Assembly (NCBI RefSeq): GCF_009914755.1
Contig: NC_060935.1
Direction: 5' to 3' (one strand)
Source: the human T2T-CHM13v2.0 reference genome, Homo sapiens
Length of the DNA: 64,000 nt
In this document: piece after piece, positions 1 to 13,010 of the stretch
How the letters are laid out: every line of letters begins with the position of its first letter
Numbering within the stretch: the stretch's first letter is position 1
Made by a program: the position numbers and the translations under genes
The notes under the pieces: model-generated
Told to the model about the DNA's origin: nothing
Seen by the model: the letters and a program-made list of their open reading frames with translations, nothing else
Database searches by the model: none

Positions 1-371
1 GGGCTCCCCCTACCCCCCTGCAGGCCAGGCCAGGCCGTGGGATGGAATCTGCAGGTTTGTTCCATTAGCCTCTGTCCTTCTGTGACAGTCCAGACAATTT
101 ATACACCCTGTTGGCTATGGCCGTATGTTGTCATAACCTGGGTCATTTCCTCATTTAATGCTGCCCATAAACTCCAATAAAACTGTCCTGGAGCCCAGTC
201 GTCCAGGGGAGAAGGAGAGACTCTGGGTTTCGAAGGGTTGGAGCAGGGGCCTGGGCAGCGGGTGTGCAGAAGGTGAGGGGGCAGCGGGTGAAGAGGAGAG
301 GACTGGGCCATGGCGCAAGCCCGACCTGATGAGTGCTTTGCTTCTTTCCCTGTCCCTGCCGCTGGCTGCAG

Positions 372-469
372 TGTGTCAGATCCTCCCCAAGGGGGTGGTC
401 GCTGTCCTCGGACCATCGTCCAGCCCAGCCTCCAGCTCCATCATCAGCAACATCTGTGGAGAGAAGGAG
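372..469 (+). CDS. GRIK4: GRIK4 coding exon A, (M)[32 protein letters not shown]; 98 nt, phase 1 to 0
   Basis: Pyrimidine tract and ctgcag acceptor ending at 371; donor GAG|gtgagt at 470; peptide lies within ORF 158..601. Confidence 0.96.
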
Positions 470-3400
470 GTGAGTGTGAGGCAGGGCTGGGGAATATCTG
501 TGTGCTGGAGCCTGTGCCCAGGGTCCAAAGATAGGGTTGATTCTCAAGGGCTGGAAGAGCCTGTCAAGGCTGGGTTGGTATCATTAATAACAACAACATA
601 AATACAAATACAGAAGCAGTGGGCTTGCCCTGCTCCAGGATGTTTGCATGGAGGGGTCTCGGAGGAGGTGTTTGACAGCAGGAATCTGAAGCGGAGCTCC
701 TCCCTGTCTTAGGGTCCCATGGCGGTGCCCCCAGCGGCCTCTTGGTGGTGGTGGGTAGAGGGAGAGGCTGGAGAGGCTGATGGGCATGGCAGGCCAAGCG
801 GGCAGACGTCTGAGCGTCCACTCTCGTGTCCACGTGAGCAGCTCCCTGGTTATCTGTTTACATATCGGGATTCTGGGGAAGAATGCCTTCGGGGAAGGCA
901 TTGCCACATTTTATTGCTAAAATAAAGTTTGAAAGCCTCTGTCATATAAGTTCTCTAGAAAAGAGATTTTATCTTGCTTTCTTCCTCATTCACCAGTTCC
1001 AGTGTTTGCTTCTTCAAGCAGCACATTCTTCCTCAGATGTGACTCGAACTGGAGGCTCTCCAGTTTCAAAGTGTTGAGTCCATTTGCTCTAGTTCTGTTT
1101 CCATGGGAGAAAAAAAATGGTAGGGCACAAGTTTCAGAGTGACTGCCCCCCTCCCTATTCTGCCAACTCTCCCCCTCCTTTTTCCCCAGAGAAGACAAAC
1201 TCAGAAATTCAGAGATTCTGTCTAGTCCTGGCATCTTTCCTGGTCCTTCCTGGATCCATCAATCCTTCCCCTTCAGATATATCCTCGGGAGACAGTGAGA
1301 AATTGGCCCCTTAGCCCCTGTCTGCCCCAAGGGCCTTCCAGCCAGGTCCTTAGGGGGCAGATGGAGCTTGGTGGTCAGGCATGAGGTCAGGAGCTGGGTG
1401 GGGGCGGGGGCAGGGACATGGGAGGAAGGCTCAGTCTCGCTTCTGCCCTAGAGGCCTGGAGGCTCAGCCTTCCAGAAGCTCTAGTCTCAGGAGGACACAG
1501 TTCTTAGAAACAGGAGGAACACTTGCTGCAGGAGGGACTGGATGCCTCCTCAGTGAGCCGCTCCTGCCAGGGCAGGAGCAACAGACAGTCCTCTGCCCAC
1601 CCCATGCCTGCTGGGAGTCTACCCCTCTGATGCCACCACTGTCTCTTATGATCCAGGGCTCAGTGAGTCCCTGACGCTTTGGGCAGAAGAATATTTATCT
1701 TCCCGATTTTAGGAGCCCACTCTCAGAATTGTGTGCACGTTTAAGTGCCGCGATCCTAGTCCTGGTCGCGTTGGTCCTGCTCCTCCAGTAGCTGGGCCTC
1801 TCTCTGTAGGCTGTACCCTTGAGCCTTCTTACATGGGCTGGGGCTGACAAGTCCCCATCCTCCTCCCGGTCACATATCCTCAAATACAACTCTGAGGCCA
1901 GCCCAGGCCACAGAGGAGCTCTGTCCTACTAGGTCCCTCCCAGCCTCTCCCAGGCCGTGGCCCAGGAAGTTAGACCTCACGTGTAATTTACATCTTTCTT
2001 GCGGCACTCTGAGAAACAGCTTAAATCTATGGCAGGTCATTATTGTAGCAGTGGCTCTGATCTTCACTAAGTGGGGCAGCCAAGACTTCAGCTCCCCATC
2101 TTCTCTCTTCTGCATCCTCTTTTTCTTTCCTCCTCTCTCCCTTCTCCCCCACCACACAGTCTTTGCTGTGCATCACATCCTCCCCCAAGCCCCACTCCAA
2201 TATGGCCTCCTTTTGGGGTTCAGTGGCTATTTAATCTCAGCCAACACATCCCTTCACCCTGTCTGGCATTTCAGGCCAGAAGCCAAGCCCATGATCTGCA
2301 GCCAACTCCTCTGCCCCTGTGCCAGACCAGCCAGCCAGACTGCACTGCCCTGGGAGTGGCCAGACGCTTACCCGCCTTTGTCTGGTTATGTTTCTTCTAG
2401 AGCAACTTTTCCTCTCTGCTCAGATTATGCATTTATTTTAATGTTTTATGAGGCTGAACTGCCTTATGCTGATTCTCCCCTGCTCCAGGGAAAAGCAATG
2501 GAGTTCTCACCCAGGAGTCCATTGCTTTAAATGCTGCTGACATCTCTGCAGCCCTTGTGGCTGGCTGCCTTCTGCCTTGCTGCTCCCCTCTCCATTCTGC
2601 TCACCTCTTCTTGTCCCCCACACACCTCCGTGATGGCTTCCTGGGATACATTTGCAATTGCACATTGAGTATAGATCGATCTTTGTCCCAGAGAGGGAAC
2701 CATAGGACCAGGACTGGGCTGGGCTATCCCTGCCTAGACCCAGCAGAGCCCAGTGGGCTTCAAGGAGACTGTGCCGAAGGCTCCCCATCAGCTCCCCTTC
2801 CTCAGCCCTCACCCCCTGTACGCACAACTCCAAGAGCTTTGCGGGAGCTCCTACATTTGGGGAGGAAGGAGAAAGAGCCTTGCGCAAGCACTTATTATAC
2901 ATTAGGTATTGAACTATTATATACCCTACACACAGGTTCACATTTTATCCTCCCAGAGCTCTAAGAAGCACCTGTGGTTATCTCCATTTTAATGATGTTT
3001 TGACAAGTTAAGTGGTTTATCTGAAAATCACACAGCAGAACCTGGATGCAAACCCAAGTCTGTAGACTCCAAAACCCATTTGTTCTTCACCTTCCTGAGT
3101 CCTTCCCATCCATCTCTAGGATCCGTGGATTCACGGTATCTCTAAGGGGTCCACAGTACTAGGGGGTGCTAAGGGGTTGTGCTCTATTGGATTCGCTGCT
3201 AATGGAATGTGGTAGGCTAGAGGGTTACACAGGGACGACCTTGGTCAGAGGTGTTCAAACGTTCAAACCAGCCAGCCAGGCTACCCTGCCCCTGTCGGGC
3301 CTTCCCCTCTATCTTGCCCATTTGTGACCTTTTCCTTTCAAGGTCTGTTTGTTATTCACTTTAGACAGAGTGGATGGGATACAAAATACAAGCGGGAAGA

Positions 3401-4748
3401 AAGATCCGTTATGACACAGATCAATGTCACTCTTTAGAATTGCCTTTCATAACTCACCAGACTCTCCCCCATTCTGCATTTTTCAGTTTCTGGTGGAAAA
3501 TATTGGTTGCCCTCTCCCTATGGTTTAAAGGCTAATCCTAGTTGAATTCAGAAGTTTTTCCCCTAGTTTCTGCTAAATCTTTATCCTCTTCCCACCTCAG
3601 TCTCAGAGGAGCTCTGGTCTCCAGCTGACTTCTCCCAAAAATTTAAAAGGATAAAGTAGGAGACTCCTACAGAGACCATCCCAACATCTTCGCAGACTCT
3701 TGGCAGGATAAGTTGTGGGCCAGAGCAGGCAGAGACAATTCTTCAGTCATTTCTGAATAATCCATTCTGGAAGCCAATCTACTCACCACCAGGAAGTTCT
3801 TCCTGCTGTCTACTATCGATCTTCCTTGCTTTAACATCTATACACACTGATATTCAGCTTCAGCTCGCTCAGCTCTGGACACCAGGGGTGAGAGTGGAAG
3901 AATAAAATCAAGGTGGATGGCAGATTATTACATTGTAACTTTCCTATTACCTACCAAATAGCCTAAGCCGCCAATAAAGCAGCCATCACAGCCTCTTAAG
4001 ATCTTTTCCTGGGAGAAGAGAGGCAGAAGGCAGGACAGTGGGTCCTGGAAATGTCAGTAATAGATGCAGAGGGAAGCTGACACTGTCCTAATGAAGCCAA
4101 ACCACGTATTTATTTACCTGGCTGTGTTCAGAGGTTCTCTAGATGGTTTCTCCGCCTGCAGGGCTTCCTTCCTCCATGTGCGCATGTGTGTCTGTGCGGG
4201 AGCCCATCCCCGCCCCACTTCCTCTCCCTGGGCATTCCCCACTGAAGTTTGTTGGGAGCTGGTTACTATACACCTGTTGGCTGGGCTGGGCTGATGGGAC
4301 TCTTCTCTTAGTCCCAGGGTAGCGATTTTTCTCTTTCTGCCGTCTCTGCTCTGATGTATTAACTACAAATAAAATATTCTAAGGATTATGCTTTCAAGAG
4401 CCAACTGTCTCTCTGCCAGCAGCAGGCAGTTCCTCTAAGAATAAAGATAGATTCTTTTGCCTTCTCAGGACCACAGACCCCAGCTTGCAGACCCACGGTG
4501 CATTCATCCGGGTCTCTGGACAAATAGTTTTCTGTCCTGGGGCTGCTTCTTTGAAGCATCATCAGGGATGTCATCGCTCGTCTTCCTCCCACGGAGTGGG
4601 TGCCCTGGGAGCTCCTTCTCCCATTGGTGTCTGGCGAAGGTGTTACATAAAAGAACTCACCCTCCACAACCTCAGCTCACTCATCCCTCTTTCTTCCTTT
4701 TCACCCACCTGGATCCTCCCTGCTGTCCGTTTTTGCTCCTCTTGCCAG

Positions 4749-4914
4749 GTCCCTCACTTCAAAGTGGCCCCAGAGGAGTTCGTCAAGTTCCAGTTCCAGA
4801 GATTCACAACCCTGAACCTCCACCCCAGCAACACTGACATCAGCGTGGCTGTAGCTGGGATCCTGAACTTCTTCAACTGCACCACCGCCTGCCTCATCTG
4901 TGCCAAAGCAGAAT
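4749..4914 (+). CDS. GRIK4: GRIK4 coding exon [12 protein letters not shown]...CLICAKAE(C); 166 nt, phase 0 to 1; N-C-T sequon
   Basis: Acceptor ttgccag|GTC at 4748/4749; donor GAAT|gtaagt at 4915; peptide lies within ORF 4485..4973. Confidence 0.97.
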
Positions 4915-5073
4915 GTAAGTTTCCCCAGGCTGGCTCTGCCCCAGACAGTCCAGTCTTGTTGATTTTGCCCTGATTCCCTGTGCCCCTGGCTGGAGACCCT
5001 CCAGGAAGGGGAGGCTTCCTTCAGATCCACAGGGCTGATAACCAATGGGTTTGGGCATTCCCATGCTCATGTG

Positions 5074-5076
<3 letters not shown>

Positions 5077-5112
<36 letters not shown>

Positions 5113-5150
5113 AAGAGAGAAAGAGAAAAAGAGAGAAAGAGAGAGAGAGA
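5077..5150 (+). repeat. Compound microsatellite (GT)17 followed by an imperfect (GA)n tract
   Basis: Read directly from the sequence. Confidence 0.95.
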
Positions 5151-5989
5151 TGGGGAGGGAGTCCATCCAGGAGTACTACTTGCCAGGACTCCCTGGGCAT
5201 GAGTGGAACAGAGGGGAACTAGGTTACAAGGAGACTGGCCAACCGCCAAGCCTTTTTGCATCTGCAAACTCAATTCCCACATTCTCAGCTTCATTGTCAA
5301 GGAGATACAAAAAGAGAGAGAGGGAACATATAAAATTGGATGCATTTGTACTTGATGGGTTGAAGAACTTCTTCCCCTGGAGAGCAGGTTTTGCTGATGG
5401 AACAAGGTCCGAGGTCAATTCCTGATAAAGCATTTTTTAGCAAATGCAGGTTTTGGAAATGTGTTTTCTATGACTCTCAGTCAATTTGTGACATAAATTT
5501 AGTGTTTATGAGATTTAGCTAATTTAAGCCAGCACCTTCCAGCAAATCTGTGCATCTGTGTGCTCCCGGCGGCAGCTGTGCACCCACATGTGGTCAAACA
5601 GGTGCTGGCCACTGGCTACTGCTGGAACCCAGTGCCTGAGCCCCAGGCACCTGTGTCCTGCGCAGCTCACCTGTCCAGGGCTTACCTGGGGGTTTTTATG
5701 GGTTGCACTGCAGAGCGATTCCATCTTTATTAGGGCTCCTTTCTATGGCTTCTCAGAACTGCTCTGCCTTCTCAAGCCCTTCCTGCATCCTGGAATCCCC
5801 ACAGTCTCCAAATACAAAAGCCACCTCTCTATTAAGAGTCAGAACCACCTACTTTCCCAGACCTCTGTGCCTGGCATGTGCTTTAATTCATTTATCCAGT
5901 ACAATTTTATTGAATATTCAATCTGTGCTACCCAAGAAATCAAGGAACTGAGTTCCAACTCAGCTGTGACCACCCAGTGGGTTTGGAGG

Positions 5990-6130
5990 TGTTAGATCTC
6001 CCCATTTCAAAGTTGAGGAAGTTGAGACTCTAGGAGGTGAAATGACTTGCCCAAGGCCACACAACTTAAGCACCAGGGCCCAAACTCAAATACAGGCCTC
6101 CTCACTTCAAGTTGAAAGCTCTTCCAGAGC
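5990..6130 (-). mobile_element. MIR fragment
   Basis: ccccattt...gaggaagttgagactct...gtgaaatgacttgcccaaggccacacaac matches the reverse MIR core. Confidence 0.75.
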
Positions 6131-6925
6131 CCTGCAGTGGATGCAGAGAAAATAGGGCCCTTGCCACTGATCTGAGAAGGCCCAGAGTGGTTTATGCTAA
6201 GTGTCAAATGTGCAATGTGGCCAGTCGAGGAGAGTGTCCCTGAGTACAGGGTGCTAGATAGGCTTTGGGATGTGGGCAGGGCTTCAACTGGATCTCAAAG
6301 GATAAAAATGATTTAGAAAAGGAGGGAAAGAGATAGGTCATGCCAGATGAGGAGCAAGAGAGGGAGGCAGGGATCCTGATGCTGTGCCTAGGGGAAGTAG
6401 GTTGGAGCCTAGAGTCCATGCTGGATAAAGATGGAAAGAGAGGCTGGGGAAGGTAGCAGAGATCCTTGTAGCAGGCAAGGAACATGGACTTGGTCCTGTG
6501 TCATCTGCGAGCCCTTGAAGGTCACTCTCTAAGGAATGTCTTCTAAGGCGAGGCAGTTCTCATCATGGGTGTGCCCTTGTGGAACAACTGGTTTTGGGTC
6601 TGTGAAAAGGGCAAAGGAGTTGGGAACTGGAATTAGACCCAAGGAGCTGGGGACCCTCAGACGTGGAGAAAGAAAGTTGAACTCAAAGCCTTGTTCAACA
6701 GGCAGACCCTGAGTGGCACCAGCAAGTTGGGTGCATTCAGGAGCACTCCAGTCCATCACTCAGGCAGTCAACAGGCGTCTTCGAGCATCTCCTGGGTGCT
6801 GGGCACCCTTACACTCTATGTACGGCATAAGAGAGCAACACGCAGCCTCTGTTCTCAAAGATGAAGCAGACTTGATGGAAAACTAAGCAGGGTCGATGGT
6901 CATGAAGCAATTAACACAGTAAAAT

Positions 6926-7229
<304 letters not shown>

Positions 7230-7488
7230 GACAGTAAAATGATAATTGAGGTACACTGGAGTTCTCCAGCAGGGCTTCCATGAAAGGGGTTTGGCAAGAA
7301 ATCAGTGAACATAGATTCTAACCCCCTCAGCTAGAGAAGAAGAAAGGGAGGCCCAGAAGGTAGCTTGGTTTGGCTAGAGTCTCATAATTAGTAAGTGGTA
7401 GAGCTTGGATTTGAATCCAGATTCTGTGAATCACAGTCCAGTGCACCATCGTCATTACACCTGTATTTATCAAATGGGTTTCCTCTGG

Positions 7489-7700
7489 ATCTGTGATGAC
7501 CAAAGCAGTAGCCACAAGCCACGTATGGCTATTCAAGTGTACATATGAATTGATTAAAATTAAATAAACTTAGAAATCCAGTTCCTCAGTCTTGTTACAT
7601 TTCAAGTGGTCAGTAGCCACGTGGCTGGTGGCTGCTGTGTTGGGCAGCACAAGTGTGGAACATTCCCATCATGGAGGAAAGTTCTACAGGACAGCTCGGC
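7489..7700 (-). mobile_element. MER3-like hAT-Charlie MITE
   Basis: Internal inverted gtagccac...gtggct motifs around an AT-rich centre, ending ...ggaaagttctacaggacagc, as in MER3. Confidence 0.8.
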
Positions 7701-9518
7701 TTTGATGATACGTGTTTTGTGGACCAGGAGTTTTATGGCAAAAAAATAATGTTTGGATAACCCTTCATTCTATTTCCTCCTAGTGGAGGAAGTTGACGAT
7801 ACACATTAGCGTGGACACACTCAGATGTCCTGTGGCCAAAACATGTATTTGCTTCATTTTCTTTCAAATAAGTTTGACCATGAGCCAAAAAAGAATGCTG
7901 ATCTTACAGCCTGAAGGATGTTCCCACTTCAAGGAACACAGTGGGAAGCTCTGCATTCCACTGGGTGGTTTTCCTCCTGTGGTGCCCTTGGACCATCGAA
8001 TGGTGTAACAGGCTCAAGGATTCTCCCCTAGAACTGACTGCCACACGCCCATTTTGGCAGGACTGAACTGGTGTACCCTGTGTACACAGCGGGGTTGTTA
8101 AGAGACAGAGGGTATCCGCAAATGTCTCCAGGCAAAGATGGTCCTGCAGTCTTCCTCAATGCTGGTACAATATCTCACCAACCTGACAGGAAGTTCTTTT
8201 TGTGTCTAGTCACAGTCTGGCTTGCTTTTAGGCTGAGACTTGTTTCCTCTGCTTCAGCTCTTGCTGGGCTTTTGGGAAACAGGTTGCTCAGATGTTTGCT
8301 AAGCATCTACTACACACTAAGCACTATGCTAATACTGTTGCCTCCCAGCCCAGGGCTCTTCCCATTAGAATTATGACATTCCTTGACATTCAAACAGTTC
8401 CGTGCAGATGGCAAAGCACTTTCACTTAACATTTCTCCATTTTACCTCCCTCCTCCCCGGTCATTCCAGAGCTGAGAAAACAGAGTCTTGGAGGTATTAA
8501 GGGACGCCAGGTCGCACAGCTGGTACGTGGCAAAGCTAAGACTTTATCTTAGTCCTCTGATCTTCAAGCTGGCTCTTCCCTCTCCATGACCCCCTTCCAC
8601 CATCATGGTCTGCACAAACAGCCCTGGAGCAGTGGTTCGAGGGTGGGCTCTGCCTGGCAGGTGCAGTGTTCAGGGAAGGGCAGAGATCTCTCTGAACAAC
8701 ATGTGCCCTTGTTCCCTCGAGCAGGGGTGCAGGACAGCTAAGCACAGACAAGGTTCTGGAGCAGATGTGCCTGTCCAGGTGCAGTAGGGGACGGCCCACA
8801 TCCCAGCGGACTTGGCAGGCACACAACACAGAGCTGCTGGAACTCACCTGCTGAGGCTGCTGAGGGACTCCAGTCCCCACCCTCCAGGGCCAGAGCAGGG
8901 AAGGTGGAGCAGAGCAGAAGTTCAAGGGCACAGAGGATTAAAAATCTAATCAAGGGATGAGAAAATGAGGGACCGAAGGGAAATGCAGCTCAGAGCTCTG
9001 AAGGAGACACTCTTCCATCTTCCTTATTAATGCAGGGCTGAGAGATACTGTGAGTAGAATTAGGAGCAGAATCTAATTCTATTTTCCAGCCATGAAAATT
9101 AGGCATAACGGAGATAATTCCATGGAGAATCATGCCACTTACTCTCTTCCTTCCCAAAAGTAGATTTTTAATAAGCAGGTTTTGGACCAAGTAGAGAGAG
9201 ATTGTATATTACATTATTTTTCTTTAATGGGAAAAAAAGAACATTTGCAAGTGCCTGTTTCTGATGAGGCTGGGGGAGGAGATGTGATGAGCAGCCCAGG
9301 TGTGGTCCTCCTGGTCAGAGCTCACAGAGCCTGAGGGAGTTGGCTACTGGGGGGCTTCCAAGGAGAGTTGGGGCTCACCACTGTGGGTGCCCAGGGCCTG
9401 TTGGTCAGATCACCCAGCCCTGCCGCGGATCTACCTGTTGACCTCAGGCTGGGCCCGAAGCCACAGGTATAACATGCCGTGTATTTCCCTGCTATCTTCC
9501 TACATGTCTCAAATCTTA

Positions 9519-10225
<707 letters not shown>

Positions 10226-10679
10226 TGAATATTTTAATGTCCTTTTTGTGGTTACATGGCCTGTGTCCCCACATCTTCTGCTACTTATTTTCTACCTGTG
10301 AGATCTTGGAAAAGTGACTTTACCCTCTACCTCTGTTGTCTCATGTATAAACAGTGAAACCTCGCTCCCGGGATGGCTGAGGGGATTCAACAGATGACAC
10401 CTGGAGAGTGAATAACACAGTGTCCACACCGAGGAAATGCTCGGCACACATGAGTTTTCCTTTCCTCCCTTACTCTGATCTCTTTCAAATGAGGCAAGGC
10501 CAGACCTGGGAGCAAGAGTCAGCTGAGGTCGGGCTTTGTCCTCCTACCAGCCTGTGATCACCAAACGTGGCCCAGGCTACTAGAGAGGAGCAGACTTGGA
10601 TCTCGAGGCAGTCCCTGCCCTTGGGGAGGATGTGCTGTCAAAGAGAACGGCAGGATACCAGAGTCAGCCAAGCTGCACC

Positions 10680-10835
10680 ACCACTTGGGAGCTGTGTGAC
10701 ACGGAGCAGGTCAATCTGCCTCTCTGAGCCTTAGTTTCCTCCCATGTAACAAGACGATAATAATGTCTATTGAGGTAATTGGATGGGAAAGTAACTGGGC
10801 CCAGAACACGATACCACATTTAATTACTGTTATTT
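10680..10835 (+). mobile_element. MIR fragment
   Basis: agctgtgtgac...cctctctgagccttagtttcctcccatgtaa...ataataat MIR core. Confidence 0.7.
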
Positions 10836-12724
10836 TATTCTGCAACTCTGCTTATGGCAGTGGGGGTGGAGGATGGGGAGTAGGCAGTGATACCCAAGGC
10901 CCTGGAAGAGTAACCAGGATGGTAGTGGGCCTTCCCTGTGCTGTCCCCCGGAGGCCCTGTGGGAGGCCTTTTGCTCATAATGATAAAAAATTAACCATGC
11001 AGCTCTGTGCTGATACCAGGAAGGTCACAGTCCTCCCATTACAGAGCACTTACTACGTGCCCAACACCATGCTAAGGGTTTTTATATTATCTCATTTAAA
11101 TTTTAGATTCTCTTATTTAAACCGTATAACTCATGATAACCGTATAAGATGGGCTCTATCAACATTCTCATTATATGCAGAAGAAAAGAGAGATTATCTC
11201 CATCTTCAAGGTCACATGATTCCTGCTACCTTCTCTCCCAGCTTTCCTAAAGAAGACAGAGAAGTGAGGGACCATCTTTCCTACAGTATGGGACGACCGA
11301 GACCATCCCATGTATCAGAGACCAGAATGTGGAATCAGATAATCTGGGTTTGGATCCTGGCCTGTCCCGGGACCTCTGACCGTATGATCTCAGTCACTGA
11401 ATTTCTCCCGCCCCAGCAATTCTGTCTTGACTCAGGGATAATAATATCCACCTCCCAGGGCAGTCAGGAGGATGAAATCAGTTGTGTATGTGAAGGAATT
11501 TAGGAAACACTGAAGGTTATTCTCAGAGCAGGGATGTCTACCAGGTCCCAGTAGCTGAGGCCCAAGCTGGAAACACATCCTGAAATCAGGAGGCTGATGG
11601 GAACACAGAGGCCGGGGTCTTCCGACACCCATTCTTGCCATTGTAGAAGGGACAGCCTCGATGGCCAAACACGGCCACCTACGGTCCACCTGTGAGCAAG
11701 AAGCCTCAGCTGGCTCCTCTCTCCCTCTCCTCTTGCCCTGCTGGTCTTCCCTGCCTGTTCCTGGAGCAAAGCTTAGGTGCAGGATGGGACAAATTTGGGA
11801 TGCAGGTAAAATACGTCATTCCAGAACTTGAACTTGTTCTGTGCCCCTTCCCCACCTGGGGACACCTTGGACCCTCATCTTGTCCCTCTGGTGAGGGTTC
11901 GCTCCATGGAACAGGTCCGACAACCGCACACCCTGAGGCATGGGCACCTGGCAGGGGGAAGGGGAAGGTTTAGGTTTAGGACACTATGTGCCATATTGAA
12001 TTCATACTATCTCATTAAATCCTCACCACAATCCGCAAAGATCAATCTTATATGAACTGCTTCCCACAAGGTTAAAAAGTGCTGGTCCAGGACCAAGGCA
12101 CTACTCCAGCCAGTAAAGAGGGAAGGAAGCTTGTTGAAAGAGGTGTTTATTTTTATAATATTTTTTGATACAAGGGTCCTCTGTGTCCCCTGCAGACTCA
12201 TCGCTTAGGTCTTGGTGTCCTTGTCCTGCGGCTGTGTCCACCCCTGGCTGTGCCTTTCCTTACCTCGACATCCTCCTCCCACCCCTCTTGGCCCCTGCCT
12301 TCCAGTTCCAGAAGCCAGCCTCCCTTCTTCCTCCCAGAACAGCCTGCCTGCCGACTCTCTCATCGATCCGTCCCGCTGCATCCTGAGCAAGGCTAATAGG
12401 TTCCCTAGGCCCCTCTCAGCCTTAGACTTGGCAGGCAGGCAGGCAGGCCTGCTGCTGGGCCATGGTCTGGAAGGAGAGGAGGGTGGGGGTGGAAGTGGAT
12501 GGGGTGTGGGGAAGAGAGCAGCTTTTAACCCCTGTGATGGCAGCTGCCTTTGGTGAATCCCTTAGTTCCATTAAACAGATAAAGGTGAGGAGAATGACAA
12601 TTCGAAAATGCCAAACTGCCCTGAAAACTCTTAATACTCTCAATGTAACTAAACCACACTTTTCCTAATGTAAATTTCTTCCACTGCCTAGAATTAAAAA
12701 GTATCCTCTTCTGATTCATAAAAT

Positions 12725-13010
12725 TAGAGGATCTCTGGGCTGGAAAGACATCAACGTTTTACTAGTTCGACTTTCCATCCACTGGTTTAATTCCCTCTAT
12801 AGTGATCCTCAAGAGGGGCTTTGGTCTTTCCTTGACTACCTCCAGTGATGGGGAACTCACTACCTCATGGGCAGCCCACTGCATCATAAAGGAAGAGTTA
12901 TTCCTTACGTTGAGCTGGAGTCTGTCTCCCTGTGACTTCCACTCCCTCATGACTCCTGGGTTTAGTCCTTGAAGCTGCCAAGAGCTAGCCTGCCTCATGA
13001 CAGCCCTTCC
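12725..13010 (-). mobile_element. L3/CR1 LINE fragment
   Basis: cctccagtgatggggaactcactacctc...gttattccttacgttgagctgg resembles the L3 3' region. Confidence 0.65.

Noticed and set aside
1734-1745. 12-mer tgcacgtttaag repeated at 17966-17977
   Set aside because: Many 12-mer matches are expected by chance in 64 kb.
10763-11503. 246-aa + strand ORF, the longest outside the triplet array
   Set aside because: It runs across several MIR fragments and has no recognisable domain or exon-like boundaries; consistent with chance.
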